Source: Candidatus Hermodarchaeota archaeon
GTDB taxonomy: Archaea; Asgardarchaeota; Hermodarchaeia; Hermodarchaeales; Hermodarchaeaceae
Direction of reading: 5' to 3'
Assembly (NCBI GenBank): GCA_016839365.1
Contig: JAEOUH010000044.1
Span: forward strand, 1 to 64,000
Length of the DNA: 64,000 bases
Position 1 is the stretch's first letter. Each line of letters starts with the position of its first letter. Below the pieces are notes generated by a model. That model did not search any database and was not told the DNA's origin. It saw nothing but the letters and a program-made list of their open reading frames with translations. Positions 38,106 to 48,161 of this stretch are shown here, one piece after another. A program made the translations under genes and the position numbers.

Positions 38106-38938
38106 TCTTGCGGCTGTTCGGAATCGGAAAGAAAATCTGTGATTTTATGTGACCCAGTTTGATGAAGGTAGGTCGCACATTGTTGCGGTTCGATTTTTTT
38201 GTATTCTAAGCCGAGTTTTTCTAGCAGCGCATAGGTACCCTTAGTGAGACTGGGCGCAACGAGAATACCCCGGAGTTGAGTTGATTCATGAGATTGGAAG
38301 CTTTTCATGTAGCTGTGTAATTGATGAACTGCTTCGCTATCAGCTCTACGGCGTTTTATTTCAACGACTACTAGACGCCCTTCGTTGTCACGGGCGAAGA
38401 TATCGATGAAACCAGGTGCTACCTGTCTTTCACGTTGAATGGTTCGGAGTCCGGGTTCGATCAGTTCGGGATGAGCGCTGAGAATCTGTTGCATTTCAGC
38501 TTCGGTTAGATACATATTAAATTCGCCGGGATCTTCAATCAGTACAGCACTAAGCATGGTGAGAGAGTAGAATTCGATTCGAACCATTTCGCGTGGCTTT
38601 GCACGGTTAGCGAATAAGAAGAGTGTGTCATTTTCAAAGGTGACTTTAATGGTCGCTCCAGGTGGCTGCCAGTTTACTGGTTCGACTCCACTTTCTTTAT
38701 GAACTAAAATGCTCCCATCGCGTTTCAGAATTATTAGGCGTTCCCCTTCTGTCAGCACAGAGCGGGCACGACCTTGATATTCGACAAAGCAGGTACCGAT
38801 GATTTGGATAAGCCTTTTTTGTAATAGAGCATTGTTGAGCAATGTTTCGGCTTTTTTAAGTGAAGGTGAATGTAGAAACCAAATTTTGTCGTTAACTGAA
38901 TATTTATGCTCAGGCAAGGTCATTCTCGTCGAAGTCAC
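38102..38938 (-). CDS. nucS: Mismatch endonuclease NucS/EndoMS
   Basis: VEYQGRARS, IILKRDGSILVH, PVNWQPPG, GFIDI...VVVEIKR, QL..Y, RGILVAP. Confidence 0.94.
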   Translation of the reverse strand: MTSTRMTLPEHKYSVNDKIWFLHSPSLKKAETLLNNALLQKRLIQIIGTCFVEYQGRARSVLTEGERLIILKRDGSILVHKESGVEPVNWQPPGATIKVTFENDTLFLFANRAKPREMVRIEFYSLTMLSAVLIEDPGEFNMYLTEAEMQQILSAHPELIEPGLRTIQRERQVAPGFIDIFARDNEGRLVVVEIKRRRADSEAVHQLHSYMKSFQSHESTQLRGILVAPSLTKGTYALLEKLGLEYKKIEPQQCATYLHQTGSHKITDFLSDSEQPQD

Positions 38939-38966
38939 CCAATATGACTAAATAAGTATTCACTCA

Positions 38967-39512
38967 TTGATAGAAATTGTGCACAAGATTAGATTGTATA
39001 ACGAGTCAGCACCCACTTACCATCTTCGTTATCGCCAGATTCAACGGATTAAATATCAAGCAATAACCCCATTTCTAATTGAAGGCCCTATCATTGATGT
39101 GGGAATCGGAACGGGAATTGGTTTACCTTCACTAATCAAATTTTCTCCGATAGTGGGTGTTGATGGTGCCGTTGAGATGTTAAGGTTTGCTGCGGAGCAG
39201 ATTAAGGAGGAGAAATATAAACACAGAATCGTGTCCTTAGTGTGTGCCGTAGCTGAAGCCTTACCCTTCCGGGATCATAGTGTTCCCACAGTTGTCAGCA
39301 TCACTGTGATACAGAACTTCACAGATATTAATCAAGGATTGGCTGAACTGATTCGAGTATTACAAAAAGAAGGGCGGTGTGCAATTACAAGTCTTTCAAA
39401 GACTCTGCCCCTTGATGAACTCGAATCGACTATTAAAGCCGATGTCGCCCTAATTTCACAGTTTGAAAAACTTGCCGATGAGGATGATGGTTTAGTGTTT
39501 CAACTGATATGA
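38967..39512 (+). CDS. Class I SAM-dependent methyltransferase
   Basis: IDVGIGTG, GVD, AEALPFRD, ELIRV. Confidence 0.85.
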   Translation: MIEIVHKIRLYNESAPTYHLRYRQIQRIKYQAITPFLIEGPIIDVGIGTGIGLPSLIKFSPIVGVDGAVEMLRFAAEQIKEEKYKHRIVSLVCAVAEALPFRDHSVPTVVSITVIQNFTDINQGLAELIRVLQKEGRCAITSLSKTLPLDELESTIKADVALISQFEKLADEDDGLVFQLI

Positions 39513-39597
39513 ATTAAACCAATTTTCGTTCCCTTGCCTACCTATCTGACCGTTAGCTTTAAGTGGCAAATGACAATTAGCAGGACTACCTTCGAGG

Positions 39598-39858
39598 TTG
39601 AAAACCGTGGAGAACCAGCCCATCAAAATCCTGCAAAAGGCTACAAATAACTTAGTTTTGATTAAACTCAAGGATGGAAAAGAATATCGAGGTCGCCTGA
39701 AGGAGATTGATATGTACATGAACCTCGTTTTGGAAGGTGCAGAGGAGCTCATGGATGGTAATCCCACTGCAAAGTTCGGTGAGGTGTTGATTCGGGGGAA
39801 CAACATCCTATATATTAAACCCGATCTTACCCAAATTATCTGGGAAAACAAAGACTAG
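39598..39858 (+). CDS. Sm-like protein (SmAP/Lsm)
   Basis: Sm1 LKDG.EYRG.L...D.YMNLVL; Sm2 VLIRGNNI. Confidence 0.94.
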   Translation: MKTVENQPIKILQKATNNLVLIKLKDGKEYRGRLKEIDMYMNLVLEGAEELMDGNPTAKFGEVLIRGNNILYIKPDLTQIIWENKD

Positions 39859-39877
39859 GCTCTGTTTTCTTAGGAAA

Positions 39878-41962
39878 TTATTTTCGTCCTGATTCTTCAT
39901 TTCGTCTTTCGAGTCGATATGCCTCTATAAGACGTTCTAATGCATCTGCGGCTTCCTCTCTTTCCATAACCTTATGACCTTCTTGCCAGATTTTAATCTC
40001 TTCTTCTAATTGCGTTACATCGACAACCGCAAATTCATCGACCAGCGTAATCCGTAGTTTCTTTGCTTCGATAACCGGAATATGGGAGGCAGTGAACTGT
40101 TCGAGTGCCAAATGTGACATCGTCCCGTTTGTTATGATTACTTGGACACCAAATTCGATTAATTGTTCTGCAGTAGAACTGCCACCACCACTTGGATCCT
40201 GGATTAAAATGATCTTTCCCTTTTTCTTTGAATAGCGAGTTGTTATTCGTCTTATGTCATCTTGCGAAAAATGTGGAAGCACGGGAACAGGTTGAACTTC
40301 CCCGAGGTTTTCAAGGCGTCGCATAAGTTTCAAGTTTGAAATCGTTTGTTTGGCATTTTCAAGTTCCTTATCGGCTTTTTCGATTCTTTGTCGAAGCCTA
40401 GCGATCTCCTCATTCTTTCTTAGGATTACTTCATTTCGTCGCTGTTCGCGTTCTTCAAGATTCAAAACCCGATTCAGTTGGCGCTCAGTTTGCCGGGATT
40501 CCTCTTCGATTTCCCGAATCGTCGCTTCCTTTTGGACAAGTTTTTGCTTCTCATATTCTAATTGACGTGTGAGCGAGCCAACTTGTCGCTGTAACTGTTG
40601 AATACACTCTTGAAGCTCTTTAATCGTAGGAATTTTCTCTGTGCTGCTAGCGGGTTTGGGTGAATCAGTTTCAAATGGTTTTACCTCAGGCAAGTTTATG
40701 GACTGGTCAAGAGCCTCATGAATGGAGCCACCTTGTAAAATCACCTTGGTGGCTTCAACTACTGAATGCTGGTTTTCGCTCTCGTTTATTCGAGTTCGGA
40801 GAAGTTTCAACTTACGTTCATAAGTTAGAAAGACATTGCCTATGGCGGCTAAAGCATCCCGCTGATGGGCGTTTCGGGGTTGAAACTCAGAGTCTTTAGT
40901 GAATGATTTTGCTAATTCGCGCTTTTCAACTACTGAAAGTAACCTGTCTGGTACATGAAGGGGTAATTGCAGGGTGGTGCTCAGTTTTTCGATGAAGTTT
41001 GGGGGTGGTGACACATCGGCAGTGACAAGTATCGGCTTTCCGTAATTGACAAGATATCGGATCACATCCCCCCGCGACATCCCTCGGCCACTATGAAGAG
41101 CAATAATTTGCCCCGAAATGTCTGAAATTGCTATCCCGACAGTTGTTCCCGAATCAATGCCAACTACTAACGATTGACGGGGGCTTAACTCCTCACGCCT
41201 ATCCTTTTTTTGAAGATACAAAATAGTACGGTGTTTCACGGGTGATATTCGAACTGCCACACCTGCAATACGATTTACTTCTGAGTGGACAATTCTGGTC
41301 ACATTATCAATAGAATCATAAACGTGTATTACACAGCGTGACCAGCCATGGGATGTTCGTGTCTCATACTGATCGAAATCCATCTGGGATTTCGAGAGTT
41401 TTTCAATAATATTTCGGGCAACCTGCTGGATAGTTCCATGCATTCGCCTTTGAAATCGGGCTTGAGAAAAACCACCTGGACCAATATTTCTCGATCGCGA
41501 GACTATGATTTGAGTTTCCCGAGCTAAAGCAGAAATCTCCGTTCCAACACCTAAAGCGGCAAGTTGAGCTATTATGGTTGCAGCTTCATTAGGTGCTAGG
41601 TGTTTCTTGTCTCCAAATCCATGTCTTCTCGATAACTTTGATAATGAAGTCATTCCGTGAACTGGAGACCCGGTTACCTGAATTATCCGCGTTTTTAGTG
41701 GAATTTTAGAAAGAAAATCAATTACGCCTTTTTCGGTAGAAGCTATCTCAAGCAAATTATCAGTCGCAAGGATATCGGGTTTCACTTGACGAACCTTTGC
41801 CAATAATTCGTTACGCCTAACAGAGTCAATGGTTTCAACATGATTTCCTTTTAGGATAGCCAGAGCATAACGTGGTTGTTTTCGCGCTGATGGCGAACTT
41901 TGGGGAAGAATATCGAACCCAATAATTGTTTGAATTCTCTCAATCATTCCGTTTTTTCTCAT
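39878..41962 (-). CDS. DUF460-domain protein with coiled coil (COG2433-like)
   Basis: GFDIL, ILATDN, GPGGFSQARF, VGIDSGTTVG, HQRDALAA. Confidence 0.85.
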   Translation of the reverse strand: MRKNGMIERIQTIIGFDILPQSSPSARKQPRYALAILKGNHVETIDSVRRNELLAKVRQVKPDILATDNLLEIASTEKGVIDFLSKIPLKTRIIQVTGSPVHGMTSLSKLSRRHGFGDKKHLAPNEAATIIAQLAALGVGTEISALARETQIIVSRSRNIGPGGFSQARFQRRMHGTIQQVARNIIEKLSKSQMDFDQYETRTSHGWSRCVIHVYDSIDNVTRIVHSEVNRIAGVAVRISPVKHRTILYLQKKDRREELSPRQSLVVGIDSGTTVGIAISDISGQIIALHSGRGMSRGDVIRYLVNYGKPILVTADVSPPPNFIEKLSTTLQLPLHVPDRLLSVVEKRELAKSFTKDSEFQPRNAHQRDALAAIGNVFLTYERKLKLLRTRINESENQHSVVEATKVILQGGSIHEALDQSINLPEVKPFETDSPKPASSTEKIPTIKELQECIQQLQRQVGSLTRQLEYEKQKLVQKEATIREIEEESRQTERQLNRVLNLEEREQRRNEVILRKNEEIARLRQRIEKADKELENAKQTISNLKLMRRLENLGEVQPVPVLPHFSQDDIRRITTRYSKKKGKIILIQDPSGGGSSTAEQLIEFGVQVIITNGTMSHLALEQFTASHIPVIEAKKLRITLVDEFAVVDVTQLEEEIKIWQEGHKVMEREEAADALERLIEAYRLERRNEESGRK

Positions 41963-42860
41963 TTGGATTGATTATCACCCTTGCAAGAGTTTTTTCAACA
42001 TCGGAGATAATACGGAATCTCCGTCTGAAGAATGTGGTTATATTCCTTAGGTCTCGCCTGAGCAACCATAAAGCATTAGGATGTGTTAAAGGCTGCCATT
42101 GGGGCCAATCAAAGAGAGTAATCTCATTGTTTTCATCAACAAAGATGTTGTATTCACTGAGATCTCCATGAATAAGCTCCGCCTTATGATAGGCTAATCG
42201 GACTTGCTGAATTATTTGTTCGAGAATATCTTGGGCGTTGTTCAATTCGGAAATATTCAGCAACAATACGCCTGAAATGCTTGACATTACAATGACATGT
42301 CGATTTACTGCTATTGGTCTAGGAACTTTGCCTCCAGCGTTTTCGAGCATTTTAAGCGCCGCAAATTCACGTGTAGCAGCACGTTGGCTGAAGTCCATCC
42401 AGGAATGTAATGATTCACCCTTAAGGGTGCGGAGGCGCCGAACTCGTCGAAAGCTTGTTCGACCCCATCTTAAAAATTTCACAGCCACCTCTTGATTATC
42501 TACATCGAGAGCACGGTAAACAGTAGACTCTTTTCCTACACCATAAGGTTGTCCCAGGGAAATAATCACATCCTTTTGAGCTAGGTCATAAAGGGCAAGA
42601 GCATCATATCCAACCTGAGAAATCAGATAGCCGAGATAGCGTTCTTTTTTCCTTTGAACTAGACCTTTTTTATTGAGTTTGCTCAGAAGAAACAATACCT
42701 CTTCCCCGTCAATTGCGATTCTGTTTTTTATCTCCTGGACTGGGGCATACTTGAATCGGTGAGTCATTTCTTCGAGAGTTTGAAGAACTTGAATTTCTTC
42801 TGGTTGAAGTTCTGGCAGTATTTTTGCTAAACGATGCACATCGATCACGTGAACTTGCAT
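41940..42860 (-). CDS. rio2: RIO2 atypical kinase
   Basis: N-terminal wHTH, GYDALAL, GVGKES, GRTSFR, IHGDLSEYNI, FDWPQ. Confidence 0.93.
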   Translation of the reverse strand: MQVHVIDVHRLAKILPELQPEEIQVLQTLEEMTHRFKYAPVQEIKNRIAIDGEEVLFLLSKLNKKGLVQRKKERYLGYLISQVGYDALALYDLAQKDVIISLGQPYGVGKESTVYRALDVDNQEVAVKFLRWGRTSFRRVRRLRTLKGESLHSWMDFSQRAATREFAALKMLENAGGKVPRPIAVNRHVIVMSSISGVLLLNISELNNAQDILEQIIQQVRLAYHKAELIHGDLSEYNIFVDENNEITLFDWPQWQPLTHPNALWLLRRDLRNITTFFRRRFRIISDVEKTLARVIINPNEKKRND

Positions 42861-43068
42861 CTCATTGTGAAAAAATATTAGGTATATTGTGATGCTGACT
42901 CTAATTATCAGGCGACTTTAATGAGTCCCTAGTGTTCGCATCCGAATCTAAGGGAAAAACCTTCAACATGGTGATTAAATGTTTTAGATAGCTCTCCGCT
43001 TAATTAAATAGGAAACGTATATTAGGGAGAGCCGATGAATTGGCTACTGTTTCATCACATTTAATATT

Positions 43069-43365
43069 GTGGCGGGAGTCCAAAAATTGAATGAACGATT
43101 TGAAGTGCCCGATGAAGACGTACCGCATGTGGCTAAGGCGCTTTCCAGCAAAACAAGGTGGAAGATTCTCTCTCTTCTTCGTGACAAGAGTATGGATGTC
43201 AGCCGAATCGCCAAAGCATTAAAACAAACTGAGGCAAATATTAGTGCTCAAGTCAAGATTCTTGAACAAGCAGGGCTTATCAAAAGCCACTATGAACCCG
43301 GTGAGCATGGTGTTCGAAAGGTATGCGAACCGGCTGTGAAACAAGTAATAATTAATGCAGTATGA
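43069..43365 (+). CDS. ArsR-family HTH regulator
   Basis: AKALSSKTRWKIL, ANISAQVKILEQAGLI, GVRKVC. Confidence 0.85.
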   Translation: MAGVQKLNERFEVPDEDVPHVAKALSSKTRWKILSLLRDKSMDVSRIAKALKQTEANISAQVKILEQAGLIKSHYEPGEHGVRKVCEPAVKQVIINAV

Positions 43366-43477
43366 AGTGCTGTACACTCCATTTTCAGAACTGATAAGGT
43401 CTAGCTGCGTAGCGTACATTTATATGCTAATCAAGATACTGCTCAAACCCCCATTCAAACTGTTTAATTCGTAAGTA

Positions 43478-43741
43478 ATGGTGTTGAAAAACTTGACAGC
43501 CGAAAGATCTCGTCTTCGATTACTTCTCAGTCGATTTGGAACACTTCTTGAGTCGATTTTCATTTTTATCCTTCTACTTAGCGGTATTGGGGTTGTCTTT
43601 ATAGGCAAAATAACAGGGATTACCAGTGCGGGACCGCTTCTGCTTGCAGTTGGCTTAACGGTCCAGATAGGTGCGCTAGTTATTTTAGGGATTTTCCTGT
43701 ATATCCGATTCTTACGACAGAGAAGAATCACTGCCGAATGA
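43478..43741 (+). CDS. Small two-TM membrane protein
   Basis: Two hydrophobic segments with basic flanks; co-oriented with neighbours. Confidence 0.55.
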   Translation: MVLKNLTAERSRLRLLLSRFGTLLESIFIFILLLSGIGVVFIGKITGITSAGPLLLAVGLTVQIGALVILGIFLYIRFLRQRRITAE

Positions 43742-43802
43742 TCTGCCCTAGTTAGTTGGGCTCTTAAAGGTAGAAGGCAAATTGTATTGTCGAGGGTAGC
43801 TA

Positions 43803-44384
43803 GTGGATTTATTACTTGCAATTTTAACCATGGTATTCGTTTTCTTTCTCTTGCTAACTGCAGCGATCAAAGATTATCAGACAAGAGAAGTATCCAATTG
43901 GATTTGGTTAATCGGGTTGTTTGGCCTGCCCTTCACGATTTATCGGGTTGGAACAACAGGTTTGTGGTTGTTGTTTGGTTTCCAAGCAGTATTGGTATTT
44001 TTCCTTGTGATAGCTAGTTTCCGACTTGGTTTTCTTGGCGGAGCAGACGGAAAAGCCATACTCATAATCTCGTTGCTCTATCCTTGGATATTATTAGATC
44101 CAGTCTGGCTTTTAATCGCACCATTCGTCGTTTTATTTGGTGGATTTCTATTAGTGGGAATACATAGCATATGGCTTCTGTTACAGAACAGATTGGCCTG
44201 GAACCTCATATCCCGCAATGAAGAACGAGCACAAAAACCAGAGAGGAAGATATTTTGGTTCACACGGCGATTTTCTCCTTCACTGATTGAAAATAATCAG
44301 TGGAGGCAAGTTGAGGTCCCACTGGTTAGCTACATCTTCTTGGTTTACACTATTTTGGTGATTCTAACAAGTGTATTCCTATGA
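43803..44384 (+). CDS. Type IV prepilin/preflagellin peptidase (A24)
   Basis: KDYQTREVSN (first Asp), GGADGK (GxGD-like Asp), multi-TM, VPLV. Confidence 0.82.
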   Translation: MDLLLAILTMVFVFFLLLTAAIKDYQTREVSNWIWLIGLFGLPFTIYRVGTTGLWLLFGFQAVLVFFLVIASFRLGFLGGADGKAILIISLLYPWILLDPVWLLIAPFVVLFGGFLLVGIHSIWLLLQNRLAWNLISRNEERAQKPERKIFWFTRRFSPSLIENNQWRQVEVPLVSYIFLVYTILVILTSVFL

Positions 44385-44397
44385 GTATGCGGATTGT

Positions 44398-45135
44398 CTA
44401 AAGTTCGCCGCCTGGCATTACAACCAGCCCCGAACTGCTGATTTCGAATGGGAACCGCTTCAGGCTATGACCGGTTTGGCGCATTTTGCGAACTACGAGG
44501 CTTCGTCGAAGCTCTCGATCTTGTTCAGTGAGAGAGAGAATAATTAGCCCTTGAGCAATGAATTCTTCAACCCCATATCGGCTAAAACCAGTCGAGCCTT
44601 GGGCCACTTCTGACGTCATGATAGATGTTGCTCCAAGCTCTCGGAGAAGGCTTGAAAGTTTGAATATGGCATTTCGCACGGCCGCAATTCCTTCAAACCG
44701 AATACCAAGACCTGACACAGAATCGATGACGATTCGACGTGCGTTGATTCGTTTTGTTACTCGATAGATTTCTTGTGCAAGGGCGTTGATATCAAGTCCG
44801 GTTCGAATTGCGTGTGGTTCAGTTGTCGGTAGTCCAGCTTTACTTGAGGCAGCATCAACGATAATCATTTTTTCTTCTTCTTGCAATTTTTCAAAGTTCC
44901 ATCCAAAACGTGTTGCTTCGTGGCGTAACTCTTTCGGTCGCTCTTCCAAGGTGACAAAGACACCATTGTCTCCGAAATTAATCGCCCCTGAATAGAGAAA
45001 CTGCATACAGAAGATTGTCTTTCCCGTCCCTGCTCCACCAGAGACGAGTACATTACTTCCTGGTATGAATCCACCATGAAGGATTCCATCTAACCCAGGA
45101 ATGCCTGTTTTCACCCGTTCAGATGTCTCAGACAT
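44398..45135 (-). CDS. KaiC/RAD55-like single-domain ATPase
   Basis: RVKTGIPGLD, GGAGTGKT, VTLEE, VIDS, VRKMR.T.H. ATG 45135 overlaps the stop of the upstream Lrp gene. Confidence 0.92.
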   Translation of the reverse strand: MSETSERVKTGIPGLDGILHGGFIPGSNVLVSGGAGTGKTIFCMQFLYSGAINFGDNGVFVTLEERPKELRHEATRFGWNFEKLQEEEKMIIVDAASSKAGLPTTEPHAIRTGLDINALAQEIYRVTKRINARRIVIDSVSGLGIRFEGIAAVRNAIFKLSSLLRELGATSIMTSEVAQGSTGFSRYGVEEFIAQGLIILSLTEQDRELRRSLVVRKMRQTGHSLKRFPFEISSSGLVVMPGGEL

Positions 45136-45655
45136 CGGCTTTTTCCTCCTTTCCATTGATAGGTAATCCTGTACCAATCAGATTGTCTCCCTTTGTTGGC
45201 TTCTTCAGAAACCAGAGTCTCGCATCAACCACATCAGGGTTGTCTTTTAATTTGTCAAAGATCTCTTGAAGATCCTTTATTTGTTTACCAAGTATAAACG
45301 CAAAAATTCCGGTTTCAGTTTCATTTAACGCAAGAAAGATAACATTGGGACGGCTTTCAAGTTCCGCTTTGATTTTTTGAGTATGTTCTATCGTTATATC
45401 GCGTAAAATATGGCCACCAATTTCAATGAACATGACACCAGATATGGTATAGCCAAGCATTTCTTGATCAACGCTCACGGTGAAGCGTTTAATCACCCCT
45501 GCTTGCTGAAGTTTACGAATGCGGAACAAAATTGTTGTGTCTGGAATGCTCTGATTCATTGCTTTCGACAATGTTCTGGCAATTTGTGTATACTTCGCTC
45601 GACCATCTTGTTGGAGCAAAGAGAGGATATGTAGATCCTTGTCATCCAGTTTCAC
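45128..45655 (-). CDS. Lrp/AsnC family regulator
   Basis: LDDKDLHILSLLQQDGR, RIRKL..AGVIKRF, LGY. Confidence 0.88.
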   Translation of the reverse strand: MKLDDKDLHILSLLQQDGRAKYTQIARTLSKAMNQSIPDTTILFRIRKLQQAGVIKRFTVSVDQEMLGYTISGVMFIEIGGHILRDITIEHTQKIKAELESRPNVIFLALNETETGIFAFILGKQIKDLQEIFDKLKDNPDVVDARLWFLKKPTKGDNLIGTGLPINGKEEKADV

Positions 45656-45759
45656 TTAACTCCCTCGGTGGAAAACTGTCTAAAACTTCATTGGGGAAGG
45701 GCACCTATTAAGGTTTCCTCAAACAATATTCAGTTCTTAAGCGAAATCCTTAATGTCGT

Positions 45760-46116
45760 TCAAGGAGGCAGGGCTGTGTAGTAGTAGACGAAATTGAACA
45801 CTAAGAACCACAGTACAAGAAACATTAGCAATCCTGTGCCCAGACCCTTCATGAGCCCTTTTCCATGCCCACCAACTTCTCCAGGATTAACGCCCAGAAC
45901 ATAAATTGGAATGAGATACGACACGACGACAAATACAACTCCCAAAAAAAAGCCTACGAGTCCCAATGGACCCCAAAAGTTAAAGGCTAAGGCAATTGCT
46001 GCTCCAATAAAGGCGAAGATAAGTCGCGTGTAGTAGATTAGGTCTTCAGGAGTAATTTTACTACGCCAAAATTGATTCCATGGCAATGGTTCTTCAGGTA
46101 TTGGTTTCTTCGGCAA
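45760..46116 (-). CDS. EMC6-like three-TM membrane protein
   Basis: IYYTRLIFAFIGA...GLVGF...GL...LMFLVLWFLVFN resembles the EMC6/Rab5ip pattern. Confidence 0.65.
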   Translation of the reverse strand: MPKKPIPEEPLPWNQFWRSKITPEDLIYYTRLIFAFIGAAIALAFNFWGPLGLVGFFLGVVFVVVSYLIPIYVLGVNPGEVGGHGKGLMKGLGTGLLMFLVLWFLVFNFVYYYTALPP

Positions 46117-46128
46117 GGGTGAACCTCC

Positions 46129-48138
46129 GTGAGTTCTGGAATGTCCGCATCTGATGTTTTCGTTATGTTACGCGAAATCAAGGATGAGTTAATCGGCAGA
46201 TGGATTCTGAATATTTATCAACTTAACGGTACATTGCTTTTTAAATTCAGTTCTGATTCACCAAATAAGACGTGGCTGGTAATAGAACCTGGTAAACGAA
46301 TGCACCTCACTGCACTTACCTATGAACGGGAATCGAAGCCCCGAGCTTTTTGTAAGGCGTTACGGAATCAACTCCGTGATCATAAAGTCTCGGATATTGA
46401 ACAGCATGACTTTGATCGTGTAGTGTACCTCCGGGCTGGGCCACCCGAAAAACGGTTTACTTTAGTGATTGAACTTTTCGGTGGTGGAAATGCGATTCTA
46501 CTGGATCCTAAGGATAGGATTGTGTCAGCTATGACGTTTCGTCGGATGAAGGATCGCGATATTGTTCGAGGAGCCCCGTTCCAGTTTCCCCCACTTCGAG
46601 CGATGGATCCCCGGAACGTATCCTCGGAGGACTTAAACACTATTCTTGACGAATCAGACCATGAGCTGGTTCGAACTCTAGCCCGAAACCTGAATATGAG
46701 CGGCACCACGGTTGAAGAAATCTTGGCACGTGCAAACCTCGATCTCAAATTACGTGCCTCAAGTCTTTTAGCAAATCAGAGAGAAGCACTATACCAGGGG
46801 ATGCGAGAGTATTTCCGTATTCTCACAGAGGACCCACTTAATCCTCGGATAATCTTCGACGAAGAGGATGAACCCACAAGGGTCATAGTTACCGAGAGCA
46901 GCCTTTACTCAAATACCCGGATGAAGAAGTTTTCAACATTCAATGAGGCTTTAGATAGCTTCTATTCAACACGAAAGGAAGATACGGCTGTTGAGGTTGT
47001 TGAAGACAAGTACCAACAGGAACTATCAAAACTCCAACGGCTACGAACCCAACAGCAACAACACCTAGATGATATGCAGTCCCGTGCCGCATCTAGCCGT
47101 GACGCAGCCAATGCGATCTACCAACATCTCAATATCGTTGAAGAACTTCTAGCTACAGTTCGAGATGCACGCCAACAGAATCTATCCTGGGATGATATCA
47201 CCAAACGCCTCGAAGATGGAAAACATAAACAAATACCAGCTGCAATGATTTTTGACAAAATCAACAAGCATGCAGGTCGTATCCATGTCAATTTAAATGA
47301 GTTAGCATTAACCTTGGATATCCGTTTATCTGCAACAGATAATGCTAACCAACTCTTTCAGCGTAGTAAACAGCTGGAAAAGAAGGTGAAAGGTGCGACC
47401 ATCGCAATCGATGACACAGAAGCCAAGATTGCAACACTCCGAGAAAAACGAGAAGATGAACTAGTTAAGGTAGAATCCGAAAAACTAGTTACACGGCGAA
47501 GAAAGCATTGGTATGAGAAATTTAGATGGTTTCGAACATCTCATGGTATGCTGGTTCTTGGAGGACGGGACGCTGGAAGCAACCAGCAATTAATTCGCAA
47601 GTATCTTGAAGAACCGGATTTATTCTTCCATGCTGATTTCGCAGGGGCACCCATAGTGATTGCGAAAACCCAGGGGCGAGAAGTTACGGATAATGAACTT
47701 CTTGAAATTGCCACCTTTGCCGTTAGTTATTCACGTGCATGGAAAGCGGGGTGGAGTACAGCAGATACCTATTGGGTGAAGCAAAACCAAGTTTCGTTGA
47801 GCGCGCCATCAGGAGAATTTCTTCCAAAGGGTTCCGTGATGGTTAGAGGTGACAGAAACTATATTCGAAATGCAACCGTTCGTGTTGCAGTAGGACTGAG
47901 TGTAGAAGAGGGTTTACCAATCATCATTGCCGGACCTGAACAAGCGGTTCAACATCACAGTGAAGTCTTTGTTGTACTTATTCCCGGAAAGATGAAAGCG
48001 TCAGATGCCGCAAAACGAATACGCAAGCAATTTGCCGATCAAGTTCCTGAGAACCTAAGAGGCCAAATTCATGCCCTAAGTATTGACGAGATAATCGCTA
48101 TGTTGCCTCCAGGCCCGGTTGACTTCATAAGTGAATAA
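46129..48138 (+). CDS. rqcH: Ribosome rescue factor Rqc2/RqcH (NFACT)
   Basis: F...LR..L, Q.DFDR, IELFGGGN, WYEKFRWF, GGRDA..N, FFHAD, APSGEFLPKGS. Confidence 0.93.
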   Translation: MSSGMSASDVFVMLREIKDELIGRWILNIYQLNGTLLFKFSSDSPNKTWLVIEPGKRMHLTALTYERESKPRAFCKALRNQLRDHKVSDIEQHDFDRVVYLRAGPPEKRFTLVIELFGGGNAILLDPKDRIVSAMTFRRMKDRDIVRGAPFQFPPLRAMDPRNVSSEDLNTILDESDHELVRTLARNLNMSGTTVEEILARANLDLKLRASSLLANQREALYQGMREYFRILTEDPLNPRIIFDEEDEPTRVIVTESSLYSNTRMKKFSTFNEALDSFYSTRKEDTAVEVVEDKYQQELSKLQRLRTQQQQHLDDMQSRAASSRDAANAIYQHLNIVEELLATVRDARQQNLSWDDITKRLEDGKHKQIPAAMIFDKINKHAGRIHVNLNELALTLDIRLSATDNANQLFQRSKQLEKKVKGATIAIDDTEAKIATLREKREDELVKVESEKLVTRRRKHWYEKFRWFRTSHGMLVLGGRDAGSNQQLIRKYLEEPDLFFHADFAGAPIVIAKTQGREVTDNELLEIATFAVSYSRAWKAGWSTADTYWVKQNQVSLSAPSGEFLPKGSVMVRGDRNYIRNATVRVAVGLSVEEGLPIIIAGPEQAVQHHSEVFVVLIPGKMKASDAAKRIRKQFADQVPENLRGQIHALSIDEIIAMLPPGPVDFISE

Positions 48139-48161
48139 GGAACCACTTATTATCAATTGAG

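Noticed and set aside
38090-38162. Prenylation signal on the Rab-like GTPase (WSCIN, or readthrough to SCGC)
   Set aside because: Cys is at -3, so it is not CaaX, CC or CxC. The readthrough sequence is simply the antisense of the nucS 3' end.
42861-43068. Box C/D guide RNA
   Set aside because: Only partial GTGATG/CTGA matches with the wrong spacing.
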